Source: an uncultured Chloroflexia bacterium (GTDB lineage Bacteria > Chloroflexota > Dehalococcoidia > DSTF01 > JALHUB01). Taken from it: DNA of 64,000 nucleotides. This document shows, piece by piece, positions 49,487 through 58,892 of this stretch. The translations under genes were made by a program, and so were the position numbers. The stretch is taken from assembly GCA_963703345.1 (NCBI GenBank), contig OY969814.1, forward strand, positions 1,696,001 through 1,760,000. The letters are read 5' to 3'. How positions within the stretch are numbered: position 1 is the stretch's first letter; each line of letters opens with the position of its first letter. The notes under the pieces were generated by a model. That model was not told the DNA's origin. It made no database searches and was given only the letters and a program-made list of their open reading frames with translations.

Positions 49487-50101
49487 GTGAGCATTCCGAT
49501 ACGTCTGCCGCTTACCGACGAGGCGATCGCCGGACTGAAGGCCGGCGACCACGTGCGCTTGACCGGCGTTATCTACACCGCGCGCGACGCCGCCCACAAG
49601 CGGATCATCGAGGCGCTGGACAGGGGCGACGCGCTTCCCTTCGACATCCGCGGGCAGGTGATCTACTACGTCGGGCCGACGCCGCCGCGTCCCGGGCGCG
49701 TTATCGGCGCTGCGGGGCCGACGACGTCGATGCGCTTGAACCCGTACACCCCGCGGCTCCTCGAAGGCGGGCTCAGGGGCGCCATCGGCAAGGGCGGCCG
49801 CGACCGCACGGTGCGGGAGGCGTTCAAGAAGAACCGGGCTGTCTACTTCCTGGCGGTCGGCGGGACCGGGGCGCTGCTGTCGAAGCGGATCAAGAGCGCG
49901 GAGGTGGTGGCGTACGAAGACCTGGGCACCGAGGCGGTCCGGCGCCTGGAGGTGGAGGACTTCCCGGCCATCGTCGTCAACGACATCGAGGGGAACGACC
50001 TGCTGGAGCAGGGGAAGGCGCGCTACCGTCGTCGCGAGCGGCTGGGGAGCTACGCGCCGGTGGGCGAGAACGCGGAGGGGTCGAACGGCGGCGGCGCGTA
50101 A
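49487..50101 (+). CDS. Class I fumarate hydratase, beta subunit
   Basis: YTARDAAHKR, GPTTSMR, IGKG, EDLGTEAV; GTG start after GGAGG. Confidence 0.92.
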   Translation: MSIPIRLPLTDEAIAGLKAGDHVRLTGVIYTARDAAHKRIIEALDRGDALPFDIRGQVIYYVGPTPPRPGRVIGAAGPTTSMRLNPYTPRLLEGGLRGAIGKGGRDRTVREAFKKNRAVYFLAVGGTGALLSKRIKSAEVVAYEDLGTEAVRRLEVEDFPAIVVNDIEGNDLLEQGKARYRRRERLGSYAPVGENAEGSNGGGA

Positions 50102-50115
50102 GCCAGCTTAGTAGC

Positions 50116-50403
50116 CTAAGTGGCTTGGCAGGGGAGATTTGCCGCCCGTTCAGGAGGCGCGAGGGTTGCCCGGCGCGGTGTCTTAAGGCGGATCACGTCC
50201 TCCCAGGAGTCGGAGCCGCTGGTCGGCTTTCTGCGTTGATAAATCTCAACATCGAAGGATTGAGCCAGCGACGCTGCAACGCAAATGGCCCTTTCTCTCG
50301 TCTCGACAAAGGGAAGCGCTTCGATATCGGACAAGGCTATCTCTCCATCCTGCATGAGGAGGAGTGCAGCCAATCTTGTGCTGATGGTCTCCAGGTCTTC
50401 CAT
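50116..50403 (-). CDS. Hypothetical 95-aa protein paired with the SDH-type protease
   Basis: GGAGG RBS right after the protease stop; same AT-richer composition. Confidence 0.7.
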   Translation of the reverse strand: MEDLETISTRLAALLLMQDGEIALSDIEALPFVETRERAICVAASLAQSFDVEIYQRRKPTSGSDSWEDVIRLKTPRRATLAPPERAANLPCQAT

Positions 50404-50417
50404 GTGTCAGCGTCCTC

Positions 50418-51338
50418 CTAGCCAATCTGAGACGTTTGCTCAGGCTGCCTGAGGAGCGGGGGCAGCTTCTGCAGTAGTTCAGGTGGCAACTCTTTGATTC
50501 TCTTACTTATCTCTTTCTTCTTTTTGGCCTGCTCCAACTCTCTCTTCTTCAGAGTCAGGCGGTGAATCTTCCAGACGACCTCCAACTGATCACCCTCAAG
50601 CGGCTTGGCCTCTAAACCGATTGCCTGTGCTTCTTCCATATTAATGCAATAGCTGTGATCAGGGTAACCCTCGGTTAGCTGCTCAGCCACCTGCTTGGGG
50701 TCTCGGGAGGAGTGTTTGAGCATACGCGTGGAGAGGAGCTTCTCTAGATACTGTTTCCCCAGGTCGAGCGTCTTCTTGAAGCTGCCCAGCGTCAGGGGGA
50801 ACTGCAACCGTTGCATTAGGCCGTCCGCCAACTGCTTGTTGCCCTTTCGGTACTCTTCCCTTATCAAGGCCAGTGTGGATTCGATGTGCAGCGGCGAAAA
50901 GCTTTCGAGACGCTTCTCTAGGGCGTTCATCTGTGTTATTTGCGGATCTACGGGGCCCAGTTCGGCCACTGGAGTCATGAGGATGCAGTCGCCAGCGCAC
51001 ACGAGCAACGTCGCTGCGCTCTTTGCCCACCTGGGAACGATGAAGGTCAGCGATTGATCGCCGAACCGTCGGAAGAGCTGAGCCAAATTGTAAGCAGCGT
51101 CTATGTCTCCTCCTCCCGAGTCCACGAGCACGTTAAGATGATGGCAGTCGGCTGGATACCTGCTCTTAAGGTCATCATATACATCGTCCACAAGGCCCGA
51201 TCCAATCTCCGCGTTTGCCAGGAGGAGCGGGTAGCACGCCGCCGAGCGCAGCTCGCGCAACCGCTCAACCTCTCGTTCGATTTCTCGCTCGATTTGGCCG
51301 ACTGACGAACTGCTCTTTGCCGCATTCGCGTTTGGCAT
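50418..51338 (-). CDS. SDH-family ClpP-fold serine protease
   Basis: DSGGGD, AKSAATL (catalytic Ser), LGPVDPQ, YPDHSY (His); AGGAGG RBS favours ATG 51338. Confidence 0.88.
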   Translation of the reverse strand: MPNANAAKSSSSVGQIEREIEREVERLRELRSAACYPLLLANAEIGSGLVDDVYDDLKSRYPADCHHLNVLVDSGGGDIDAAYNLAQLFRRFGDQSLTFIVPRWAKSAATLLVCAGDCILMTPVAELGPVDPQITQMNALEKRLESFSPLHIESTLALIREEYRKGNKQLADGLMQRLQFPLTLGSFKKTLDLGKQYLEKLLSTRMLKHSSRDPKQVAEQLTEGYPDHSYCINMEEAQAIGLEAKPLEGDQLEVVWKIHRLTLKKRELEQAKKKKEISKRIKELPPELLQKLPPLLRQPEQTSQIG

Positions 51339-51369
51339 TGCGACCACCTCCTAGGAAACGTCGACAGCC

Positions 51370-51398
51370 AGTATAGCGCTCAGGCGACCGCTTGCCAA
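51370..51398 (-). promoter_or_regulatory. Promoter of the protease cassette
   Basis: TTGGCA-17 bp-TATACT on the minus strand. Confidence 0.55.
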
Positions 51399-51432
51399 CA
51401 ATAGAACTGCACGTTTTGACCTAAGTGCGATG

Positions 51433-51873
51433 TCAGTCGATGAAGGACGCGAGGGCGATGATGCCGAACGCGAACGCGGCGAGCCCTACCAGCGACAGGC
51501 CAGCGGTGACGACTTTCTCGCCGACGCCGCGCAGTCCGTAGTCCATGGCGACGTTGCGCACGCCGTTCAGGCCGTGATAGAGGGCGAAGGACAGCAGCAG
51601 CAGGTCGATTACCCAGTAAGCCGGCGTTTCGAAGCGCTCGGCGACGTTGGAGAAGACGACGAGGCCGGGCAGGGCGCCGCTCTCGACCTTGGAGATGTTC
51701 ACGAGGTGGTTGATGACGATGTGCGTCGGCAGGAGAACGACGAGGCCGATGGCGGTCACGCGCTGCAGCAGCCACGCCCAGAAGCCGGAGCCGACGGCCT
51801 GCCAGGGGCCTTCAGCCATAGGCACCGTCGCCTCGTTCTGAGTCTCCGTCGCTTCCGTCACGATTCTCCCCAC
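51433..51873 (-). CDS. sdhD: Succinate dehydrogenase membrane anchor subunit
   Basis: WLLQRVTA, TH, YHGLNGVRNVAMDY; start approximate. Confidence 0.88.
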   Translation of the reverse strand: MGRIVTEATETQNEATVPMAEGPWQAVGSGFWAWLLQRVTAIGLVVLLPTHIVINHLVNISKVESGALPGLVVFSNVAERFETPAYWVIDLLLLSFALYHGLNGVRNVAMDYGLRGVGEKVVTAGLSLVGLAAFAFGIIALASFID

Positions 51874-51878
51874 GTCCC

Positions 51879-52250
51879 CTAGAGAAGATTTCGCACGGCA
51901 ATAACCGTGCCGATGAATACGCTCACCGCCAGCGCGAACGACAGCCAGAAGAGCGCCTTCTGGAACCGCAGACCGACCGCGAAGTCGAGCAGGATGAGCC
52001 GCAGGCCGTTCAGGCCGTGGAACGCCACAACGCCGACAAGGCCGGCGTCGAGCACGAGGAAGGGCGTCTTCTCGAAGTTCGAGAGCAGCTTGTCGAAGGA
52101 GCCCTCGCCGCGCACCGCCGTGCCGATAACGATGAGGTGGGTGACCAGGTAGAGCGTCAGGAACAGGCCGGAAAGGCGCTGGAGGGCCCACGCCGCAGTG
52201 CCCGTGCGCATGGCCCTGGCCTGAAACTGCGCGTCTGCCGGCTTGTACAT
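51879..52250 (-). CDS. sdhC: Succinate dehydrogenase cytochrome b556 subunit
   Basis: WALQRLSG..YLVTH, FHGLNGLRLILLDF. Confidence 0.9.
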   Translation of the reverse strand: MYKPADAQFQARAMRTGTAAWALQRLSGLFLTLYLVTHLIVIGTAVRGEGSFDKLLSNFEKTPFLVLDAGLVGVVAFHGLNGLRLILLDFAVGLRFQKALFWLSFALAVSVFIGTVIAVRNLL

Positions 52251-52269
52251 CTGTCCTTCCTTCGAGCCC

Positions 52270-52992
52270 CTAGCGGAGCAAGTGCAGGCGCTTCAAGAGC
52301 GCCAGCTTCTTGAGGTTCTGGATAGCTTCCGTTGGGTTAACGCCCTTGGGACACCACTCGGTGCAACTGAAGATGGTGTGGCAGCGCCAGAGAGCGTGCT
52401 CGTCGGCGAGGCGCGACAGGCGCTGCGCTCGGGCGTCGTCACGCGGGTCGTGGCAGAAGCGATAGGCCTTGGCCAGCGCCGCCGGACCGAGATAGCGGTC
52501 GTCGATGGCGACGATTGGGCAGGCGGAGTAGCAGACGCCGCACTGAATGCAGGCGGCGAACTGCGACAGCTTCGTTGAGCGCGCCGCTTCGACGAGGTAC
52601 TCGCGGGCGGGCGCGCGCTTCGCCGGGTCGGTTGCGAGCCAGGGCGTGATGGCGCGGATCTTCTCGTAGAAGGGGCCCATGTCGGCGACGAGGTCCTTCA
52701 GCGTCGGAAGGCTGGCCAGCGGCTCGAGCGTGACCGGCCGGCCATGCGAGACGTCGACTATCTTCGTCTTGCAGGCGAGGCGCGACTCGCCGTTGACGCG
52801 CATCGCGCAGGAGCCGCAGATGGCGCTGCGGCAGGCGCAGCGGAACGCGAGCGAGCCGTCGAGCTGCTCCCGCGTCGCCAGCAGCGTGTCGAGCACGGTG
52901 GCCGACTGTGGCATGTCGATGGTAAAGAGCTCGTACTCGGCCTTGCCGTCGGAAGTCGGGTCGTAGCGGCGTACGCGGATCTTCGCTTCCAC
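52270..52992 (-). CDS. sdhB: Succinate dehydrogenase iron-sulfur subunit
   Basis: CRSAICGSC, LACKT, CIQCGVCYSACP, CHTIFSCTEWCP; GTG start overlaps the sdhA stop. Confidence 0.95.
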   Translation of the reverse strand: MEAKIRVRRYDPTSDGKAEYELFTIDMPQSATVLDTLLATREQLDGSLAFRCACRSAICGSCAMRVNGESRLACKTKIVDVSHGRPVTLEPLASLPTLKDLVADMGPFYEKIRAITPWLATDPAKRAPAREYLVEAARSTKLSQFAACIQCGVCYSACPIVAIDDRYLGPAALAKAYRFCHDPRDDARAQRLSRLADEHALWRCHTIFSCTEWCPKGVNPTEAIQNLKKLALLKRLHLLR

Positions 52993-54659
52993 TAGTAGAC
53001 CCTCTTCTCCGGCTCCCAGCGCGTCTTCGTGACGGGGGCGTATTCGAGCCGAGGCTCCGCGTCGGTCTGGAAGGCGAGCGTGTGCTTCATCCAGGCGGCG
53101 TCGTCGCGCTCCGGGAAGTCCCGCCGCGAGTGGGCGCCGCGGCTCTCCTCGCGCTGAAGAGCGCCGAGCGCTATCACTTCCGCCAGGTCGAGCATGAAGC
53201 CAAGCTCGACGACCGACAGGAGCTCGAAGTTGAAGACCTTGCCCTTGTTCCGCACCGGCACTCTCGTCCAGCTTTCCCGGAGCTCGCGCACACGGCTCAG
53301 AGTATCCGCGATCCCTTCTTTCGTGCGGAAGATGCCGACACCCCTGTTCATCGCCCCGGCCATTTCGCCGCGGATGGCGGCCATGCTTTCGCCGTCGTTC
53401 GGGCGGGCGAGGAGCGCTGCCAGCGTTTCGGCGTCGCGTCGCACAAAGTCGGTGGAAGGCGACGGCGCGGGCTGCGAGGCGACGGAGGCGGCTGCCGCTT
53501 TGCCGGCGCGCCGTCCGAAGGTGATCGTCTCGAGAAGCGAGTTGCCGCCGAGCCGGTTGGCGCCGTGGACGCTGACGCAGGCGCACTCGCCGCAGGCGAA
53601 GAGACCATCCAGAGGCGTGGCGCCGTCGGCGTTTGTCTTGACGCCGCCCATGGCGTAGTGCATGCCGGGTCGAACGGGCACGGGCGCGGAGACGAAGTCG
53701 GTATTCGTGAGGTCGAGGGCAAGCTCGCGGATCTGGAAGAGGCGCTCGTTGATCTTCTTCGCGCCGAGGTGGCGCAGGTCGAGGAGGACGCAGCCGTCGA
53801 CGCCGCGGCCTTCGTCGATCTCCGTCTGCTCGGCGCGGGAGACGACGTCGCGGGCGGCGAGCTCCATCTTGTTCGGAGCGTAGCGGGCCAGGAAGCGCTC
53901 GCCCTCGGCGTTCAGCAGGTAGCCGCCTTCGCCGCGGGCGCCCTCGGTGATGAGGACGCCGCTCTCCTTGAGGGTCGTCGGGTGGAACTGCACGAACTCC
54001 ATGTCCATAAGCGGCACGCCGGCCCGATAGGCGAGGGCGTGGCCGTCGCCGGTGGAGATGAGGGAGTTGGAGGTCGGCGAATAGATGCGTCCCAGACCGC
54101 CGGCGGCAAGCACGACGGCTTTCGCGGGCAGGGCTTCGACGTCACCGGTGCGCATGTTCATGGCGATCACGCCGCAGCAGCACCCGCCTTCGACGATGAG
54201 CGACGTGACGAACCACTCGTCGTAGGTGCGGACGCTCAGCTTGAGGGTCTGCTCGTGGAGGACGTGCAGGAGCGCCTGGCCGGTGATGTCGGCGACGTAG
54301 CAGGTGCGAGGGAAGCCGGCGCCGCCGAAGGGCCGCTGGGCGATGCGCCCGTTGGGAAGGCGATCGAAGACGGCACCCATATGCTCGAGCTCGATGATGT
54401 CGTCGGGAGCTTCGCGGCACATGGCCTCGATGGCGTCCTGGTCGCCGAGGTAGTCGCTGCCCTTGACGGTGTCGTAGGCGTGGCTTTCCCAGGAGTCGTC
54501 GTCACCGACGGCGGCGTTGATGCCGCCCTGAGCGGCAACGGAGTGGGAGCGCAGGGGGTAGACTTTGCTGAGGAGCGCAACGTCGACGCCGGCGCGGGCC
54601 ACCTCGAGGGCGGCGCGCATTCCGGCCAGGCCGGCTCCGACGACGAGAACGTCATGCAT
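52992..54659 (-). CDS. sdhA: Succinate dehydrogenase/fumarate reductase flavoprotein
   Basis: [47 protein letters not shown]; start uncertain. Confidence 0.95.
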   Translation of the reverse strand: MHDVLVVGAGLAGMRAALEVARAGVDVALLSKVYPLRSHSVAAQGGINAAVGDDDSWESHAYDTVKGSDYLGDQDAIEAMCREAPDDIIELEHMGAVFDRLPNGRIAQRPFGGAGFPRTCYVADITGQALLHVLHEQTLKLSVRTYDEWFVTSLIVEGGCCCGVIAMNMRTGDVEALPAKAVVLAAGGLGRIYSPTSNSLISTGDGHALAYRAGVPLMDMEFVQFHPTTLKESGVLITEGARGEGGYLLNAEGERFLARYAPNKMELAARDVVSRAEQTEIDEGRGVDGCVLLDLRHLGAKKINERLFQIRELALDLTNTDFVSAPVPVRPGMHYAMGGVKTNADGATPLDGLFACGECACVSVHGANRLGGNSLLETITFGRRAGKAAAASVASQPAPSPSTDFVRRDAETLAALLARPNDGESMAAIRGEMAGAMNRGVGIFRTKEGIADTLSRVRELRESWTRVPVRNKGKVFNFELLSVVELGFMLDLAEVIALGALQREESRGAHSRRDFPERDDAAWMKHTLAFQTDAEPRLEYAPVTKTRWEPEKRVY

Positions 54660-54780
54660 AGTCGTTCTGGCGTCCGGGTCGCGGAGCCGCCGGGCGATGC
54701 CTGTCGATGAGACGTGTGGGGCTTCACGACGCGGAACGTCCCCATGATAGGACAAACGCGCCTTTGAGGCGAGGCGCCCG

Positions 54781-54819
54781 TCGAGCGACGGAGCGGCGCA
54801 GCGCGACGAGGAGGAGCGC
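54781..54819 (-). pseudogene. Orphan duplicate of the NUDIX gene's last 13 codons
   Basis: 33/39 identical to 54947..54985; encodes [12 protein letters not shown](R). Confidence 0.75.
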
Positions 54820-54940
54820 GTGGCTACAAGCTCCCCGAGCGCGTGTCTGAGACGCAGCTATAAGCAGCCCGGAGCGCGTGCCTGCAGGGCGTGGCCTCAA
54901 ACTCCCCGAGCGCGTGTCTGAGACGTAGCTATAAGCAGCC
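54813..54940. repeat. Second locus of the 58-bp repeat family, about 2 diverged units
   Basis: ggagcgcgtggctacaagctccccgagcgcgtgtctgagacg..gcagcccggagcgcgtg matches 10332..10478. Confidence 0.85.
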
Positions 54941-54946
54941 TGGAGG

Positions 54947-55498
54947 TCAGGCAACGGAGCGGCGCAGGGCGACGAGCAGGAGGGCGGCTATCGATTTGGC
55001 GTCCTGGATTTCGCCGCTATCAACGAGGCGCAGGGCTTCTGTCCAGGATACGCCCAGCGCCCGCAGGTCGTCTTCGTCGCCGGTGTCCAGCGGCGCTTCT
55101 TCCAGGTCAGTCGCCAGGAAGAGGTGGATGTACTCGTTCGAGTAGCCGGGGCTGAGGAAGAAACCGCCCATTCGCTGGAGGGAGCGCGGTCGAAAGCCGG
55201 TCTCTTCACGCAACTCGCGTTCCGCGCACGCTTCCGGCGACTCGCCCTCATCGATTGTGCCGGCTGGCAGCTCCAGGAGGACGCGCCCCACAGGATGCCG
55301 GTACTGGCGCACGAGGAAGACGCAGTCGTGCTCGTCAACGGCAACGAGGAGGACGGCGCCGGGATGCTCGACGACTTCGCGGGTGGACTCACCGCGCGCG
55401 CTCTCCACGGTGTCGACGCGCACTTTCAGGAGGCGGCCGCTGAAGGGCCGCTCGCTGCGGAGGACGCGAGGCGGAGTCGGATCGGGCTGGTCGGGCAC
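54947..55498 (-). CDS. NUDIX hydrolase, ADP-ribose pyrophosphatase (NudF-like)
   Basis: REVVEHPGAV, RQYRHP, ELPAG..RELREETG, SPGYSNE, IQDAKS. Confidence 0.9.
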   Translation of the reverse strand: MPDQPDPTPPRVLRSERPFSGRLLKVRVDTVESARGESTREVVEHPGAVLLVAVDEHDCVFLVRQYRHPVGRVLLELPAGTIDEGESPEACAERELREETGFRPRSLQRMGGFFLSPGYSNEYIHLFLATDLEEAPLDTGDEDDLRALGVSWTEALRLVDSGEIQDAKSIAALLLVALRRSVA

Positions 55499-55525
55499 GG
55501 GAACCTCCTTGTTCGGCAGCTCCGG

Positions 55526-55990
55526 CTAGATGTCCAGCACCATCGCCGTTTCGTCGCAGTTCATGAACTTGGGACAGCGGTAGCACTCGCTCCAGACCTT
55601 GCGGGAGAGCGTCATGGCGTCCGCCTGGGAGAAGCCGAGCTTCTGGAAGAAAGCCGGTTTCATGGTGAGGGCAAAGACGCGCTTCAAGCCCAACAAGCGC
55701 GCTTCATCGAGGCAGGCGCGAACGAGCAGCGAGCCGATGCCGAGCGACTGGCTCTCCTCGCGCACGGCGAGGGAGCGCACTTCCGCCAGGTCCTCCCAGT
55801 TGATGTGCAGGGCGGCACAACCCACGACTTCGCCCTCATGGCGGACGACGAAGAAGTCGCGCAGGGTCTCGAAGAGCTCAGCGGGAGCGCGCGGAAGCAT
55901 GTCGCCCCTACGGGCGAACTCGTTGACCAGCTCGCTCAGCCGCGCGATGTCGCCGACGGCTGCCTTCTTCACCCTGAAGCTTTCGGACAA
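55526..55990 (-). CDS. Short GNAT N-acetyltransferase (N-acetylglutamate synthase-like)
   Basis: MLPR, GCAALHI.WEDLAEVRSLAV, FFQKLGF, KVWSECYRCPKFMNCDE. Confidence 0.85.
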   Translation of the reverse strand: MSESFRVKKAAVGDIARLSELVNEFARRGDMLPRAPAELFETLRDFFVVRHEGEVVGCAALHINWEDLAEVRSLAVREESQSLGIGSLLVRACLDEARLLGLKRVFALTMKPAFFQKLGFSQADAMTLSRKVWSECYRCPKFMNCDETAMVLDI

Positions 55991-56014
55991 TCGTTTTCTC
56001 CTGTCTTTCGCCGC

Positions 56015-56914
56015 CTACGGCCCGTCCGCCGCGGGATCAGGCGCGCTTTCGTCCGCCTCGAAGCTGCGCCGCCAGCGCAGGCGCACGGCCACGCGCTCGT
56101 AGAAGCCCGGCGAGTCGGAGAAACGCAGGAAGCGCGCGATGTGCGGGCTAAGGCTGGCGCGCACGACTTCACCGGCACCGAGCTCGAAAGCGGGCTCGCC
56201 ATCGAGGCTGACGGAGGCGGCGTGGTCGGGGTCGAGGAAGAGATCGACGACGGAGGACCCGGGCAGGACGAGCGGGTTGGTCTGACCGAGATGGGGCGCA
56301 ACCGGGATGAGCACCATCTCCTTCGCCTGCGGATAGAGGATGGGTCCACCGATAGCCTGGGCGTAGGCGGTGCTCCCCGTGGCGCTGGCAACGATGACGC
56401 CGTCGGCGCGGTAGTCGGCGACGAGGGCGCCGTCGATGTAAGCGCTGATCAGGATCGTGCGGCCGAGGGCGGTGCGCCCGATGACGACATCGTTGAGGGC
56501 ATGAAGGTAGGGCTGCGCGCCCCTAAGGACGGGGCCATCGCGACCGGCGACGACCTGCACGTGCAGCATCGCTCTCTCCTCGACGTGCCAGCGGCCGGCG
56601 AGGACGTCCGGCAGGCGACGGAGCGAGTTGTCGCCGTCGCGCAACTCCGTCAGAAAGCCGAGGCGGCCCAGATTGATGCCGAGCAGCAGCACTTCGTGCG
56701 GGACGATAAGCCGCGCCGCGCGCAGCACTGTGCCGTCGCCGCCGATCGATATCAGGAGGTCCGTGCCCGGGACCTGCTTCTTCGCGTTCGCCTCGTCCCA
56801 GGCCTCGCTGGTCCAGACTTCGGCGACTTCGCGGGCGATGGCGGAGCGCAGGGTCTGCAACAGCTCGCCGGCCGCGGCCAGCTTCGAATGATAGATGATG
56901 CCGACCCTCTTCAT
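56015..56914 (-). CDS. nadK: NAD kinase
   Basis: GGDGT, GINLGRLGFL, ALND, DGVIVASATGSTAY, GGPI. Confidence 0.95.
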   Translation of the reverse strand: MKRVGIIYHSKLAAAGELLQTLRSAIAREVAEVWTSEAWDEANAKKQVPGTDLLISIGGDGTVLRAARLIVPHEVLLLGINLGRLGFLTELRDGDNSLRRLPDVLAGRWHVEERAMLHVQVVAGRDGPVLRGAQPYLHALNDVVIGRTALGRTILISAYIDGALVADYRADGVIVASATGSTAYAQAIGGPILYPQAKEMVLIPVAPHLGQTNPLVLPGSSVVDLFLDPDHAASVSLDGEPAFELGAGEVVRASLSPHIARFLRFSDSPGFYERVAVRLRWRRSFEADESAPDPAADGP

Positions 56915-56924
56915 CCGTCTGTCC

Positions 56925-57659
56925 TCATGTCGCCGGCGTGCTCCACAGAACGAAGAACTCCTTGTTGCCCGCCGGCCCGAGAAGGGACGACGTGGTCAGC
57001 CCCAGCAAACGCAACCCCTGCCCGGTCCCCCAGGCGACGTGCCGTCCGAGAACGGCGGCGTGGACCTGCGGGTCGCGCACGACGCCCTTCTTGCCGACCT
57101 CGCTTCGCTTCGCCTGGAACTGCGGCTTGACGAGGGCGACGATGCGGGCGCCGGGCTCGAGAAGCTTCATCACCGCCGGCATCACCTTCTCGAGCGAGAT
57201 GAAGGAGACGTCGATTGTGGAGACGCCTGCCTTCTCCGGCAGCGATTCCAGATATCTTATGTTAACACGCTCCAGGACCGAGACGCGCGCGTCTTGCCGC
57301 AGGCGAAAGTCGAGTTGCCCGTAGCCAACGTCGACGGCGTACACATGGGCGGCGCCCGCCTGCAGCAGGCAGTCGGTGAAGCCGCCGGTCGATGCGCCGA
57401 CGTCGACGGCGACGAGGCCTTCGATGTCCAGGCCGAATGCTTTCAGGGCACCGGCCAGCTTCTCGCCGCCGCGGCTGGCGTAGCGGTCGCCGGCAGCGAC
57501 TTCGACGGCGGCAGCGGCGTCGACGAGGGCGCCAGCCTTAGCGACAGGCCGTCCTTCGACAAGAACAGCGCCCGCCATGATGAGCGCGCGCGCTTTCTCG
57601 CGGCTCTCGACCAGGCCGCGCTGGACGAGAAGTATATCGAGACGGCTTTTCCCCGCCAC
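56925..57659 (-). CDS. tlyA: TlyA family RNA methyltransferase
   Basis: S4 domain RLDILL, SRGGEKL, DVGASTGGFTD, DVSFIS, LVKPQF, GNKEF. Confidence 0.94.
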   Translation of the reverse strand: MAGKSRLDILLVQRGLVESREKARALIMAGAVLVEGRPVAKAGALVDAAAAVEVAAGDRYASRGGEKLAGALKAFGLDIEGLVAVDVGASTGGFTDCLLQAGAAHVYAVDVGYGQLDFRLRQDARVSVLERVNIRYLESLPEKAGVSTIDVSFISLEKVMPAVMKLLEPGARIVALVKPQFQAKRSEVGKKGVVRDPQVHAAVLGRHVAWGTGQGLRLLGLTTSSLLGPAGNKEFFVLWSTPAT

Positions 57660-57744
57660 ATCAGGAAGGATAGTGGCGGCCAAGAGGAGAGTCAAGGAAG
57701 GCGTCAATTGACCCGCCGGATCGGAGCCCGTATCATCGATAATC

Positions 57745-58734
57745 ATGGCAGATAGCGAACCGTTCGCCTCCGAGGGCGCCGCACCCATTCCGGCCGGCGC
57801 TTCGTTGACGGGCCTGAGCAGCGCGGGCGCCCTCTCCACCCTCGGCAACGTCATCGTATCGATGCGGCCGAAGCAGTGGACGAAGAATATCCTCGTCTTC
57901 ATGGCGTTCATCTTCTCGCTGGGCGAGACGTGGCATGTGAGCGAGCCGTCGGGCTGGCTGCCGCTGGTCGGCAAGACGGCGGCGACGTTCGCGCTCTTCT
58001 GCATGGTCTGCGGCGCGGACTACCTGATCAACGACGTCCGCGACCGCGAGAGCGACCAGCTTCACCCCAAGAAGCGAACGCGTCCCATCGCGTCGGGGCG
58101 ATTGTCGACGCGGACGGCGGTCATCGCGGCTGTTGCGCTGATGGCGATGGGCCTGGCGGGCGGATTCGCGCTGGAGTGGCGGGTCGGCGCGGTCATCGGC
58201 GGCTACATCGTCATCATGGTGGCGTACTCATACTACCTCAAGCACATGGTGCTGCTGGACCTGATGACTATCGCCGGCGGCTTCGTGATGCGGGCGATGG
58301 CGGGCGCGTTCGTCATCAACGTGCCGATTTCGCCGTGGCTGTACGTGGTGACAGCGCTGGGTGCCCTGTTCCTGGCGATCAACAAGCGTCGGGCGGAGAT
58401 CGTGCTGCTGAAGGACGACGCTAACCAGCACCGTCCGACGCTGGAGGAGTACACGCCGGCGTTGCTGGACCAGATGGCGTCGATAGTGACGGCGTCGACG
58501 CTGGTGGCGTACGGGCTGTACACGTTCACGGCGACGGCGCTGCCGGCCAACCACTCGATGATGCTGACGATACCGTTCGTGCTGTACGGGATCTTTCGCT
58601 ATCTGTACTTGGTGCACGTGCGCGGCGAGGGCGGGAGTCCGGAGGAGGTGCTGCTGAAGGACGCACCGTTGATGGTGGACATTCTGCTGTGGGTAGCAGT
58701 GTCGGGGATACTGCTGGCGGTAGCGAGGGAGTAG
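57745..58734 (+). CDS. UbiA-family decaprenyl-phosphate phosphoribosyltransferase-like protein
   Basis: MRPKQWTKN, YLIND..D..HPKKRTRPIASG, YSYYLK, KRRAE, YGIFRY, SPEE. Confidence 0.9.
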   Translation: MADSEPFASEGAAPIPAGASLTGLSSAGALSTLGNVIVSMRPKQWTKNILVFMAFIFSLGETWHVSEPSGWLPLVGKTAATFALFCMVCGADYLINDVRDRESDQLHPKKRTRPIASGRLSTRTAVIAAVALMAMGLAGGFALEWRVGAVIGGYIVIMVAYSYYLKHMVLLDLMTIAGGFVMRAMAGAFVINVPISPWLYVVTALGALFLAINKRRAEIVLLKDDANQHRPTLEEYTPALLDQMASIVTASTLVAYGLYTFTATALPANHSMMLTIPFVLYGIFRYLYLVHVRGEGGSPEEVLLKDAPLMVDILLWVAVSGILLAVARE

Positions 58735-58762
58735 ACTCGCGATCGTCCACGCCATGAAGACG

Positions 58763-58790
58763 GCCGAGGCTGGAAAGCCTCGGCTACGTT
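58763..58790. repeat. GTAG-type REP-like hairpin, family of 16523
   Basis: gccgaggc-tggaaa-gcctcggc-tacgtt, with a compensatory A-T to G-C change; between convergent genes. Confidence 0.7.
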
Positions 58791-58892
58791 TGTGCTTGGA
58801 GCGATTCCGGGAGGCGTCTCGAACGTCGAAAAATGCGCGAGGCCGATCCGCCAGGGGCGGACCGGCCCCTTTGCAATAGCCTGGATTGGCGG

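Noticed and set aside
50101-50130. Integron attC site at the protease cassette edge
   Set aside because: The hairpin is too short, lacks RYYYAAC/GTTRRRY ends, and no integron integrase is present.
55124-57130. Long antisense ORFs (668 aa here; also 18402-20144, 53082-54710, 27319-28836)
   Set aside because: Shadow ORFs opposite well-supported genes, expected in high-GC DNA; no recognisable motifs.
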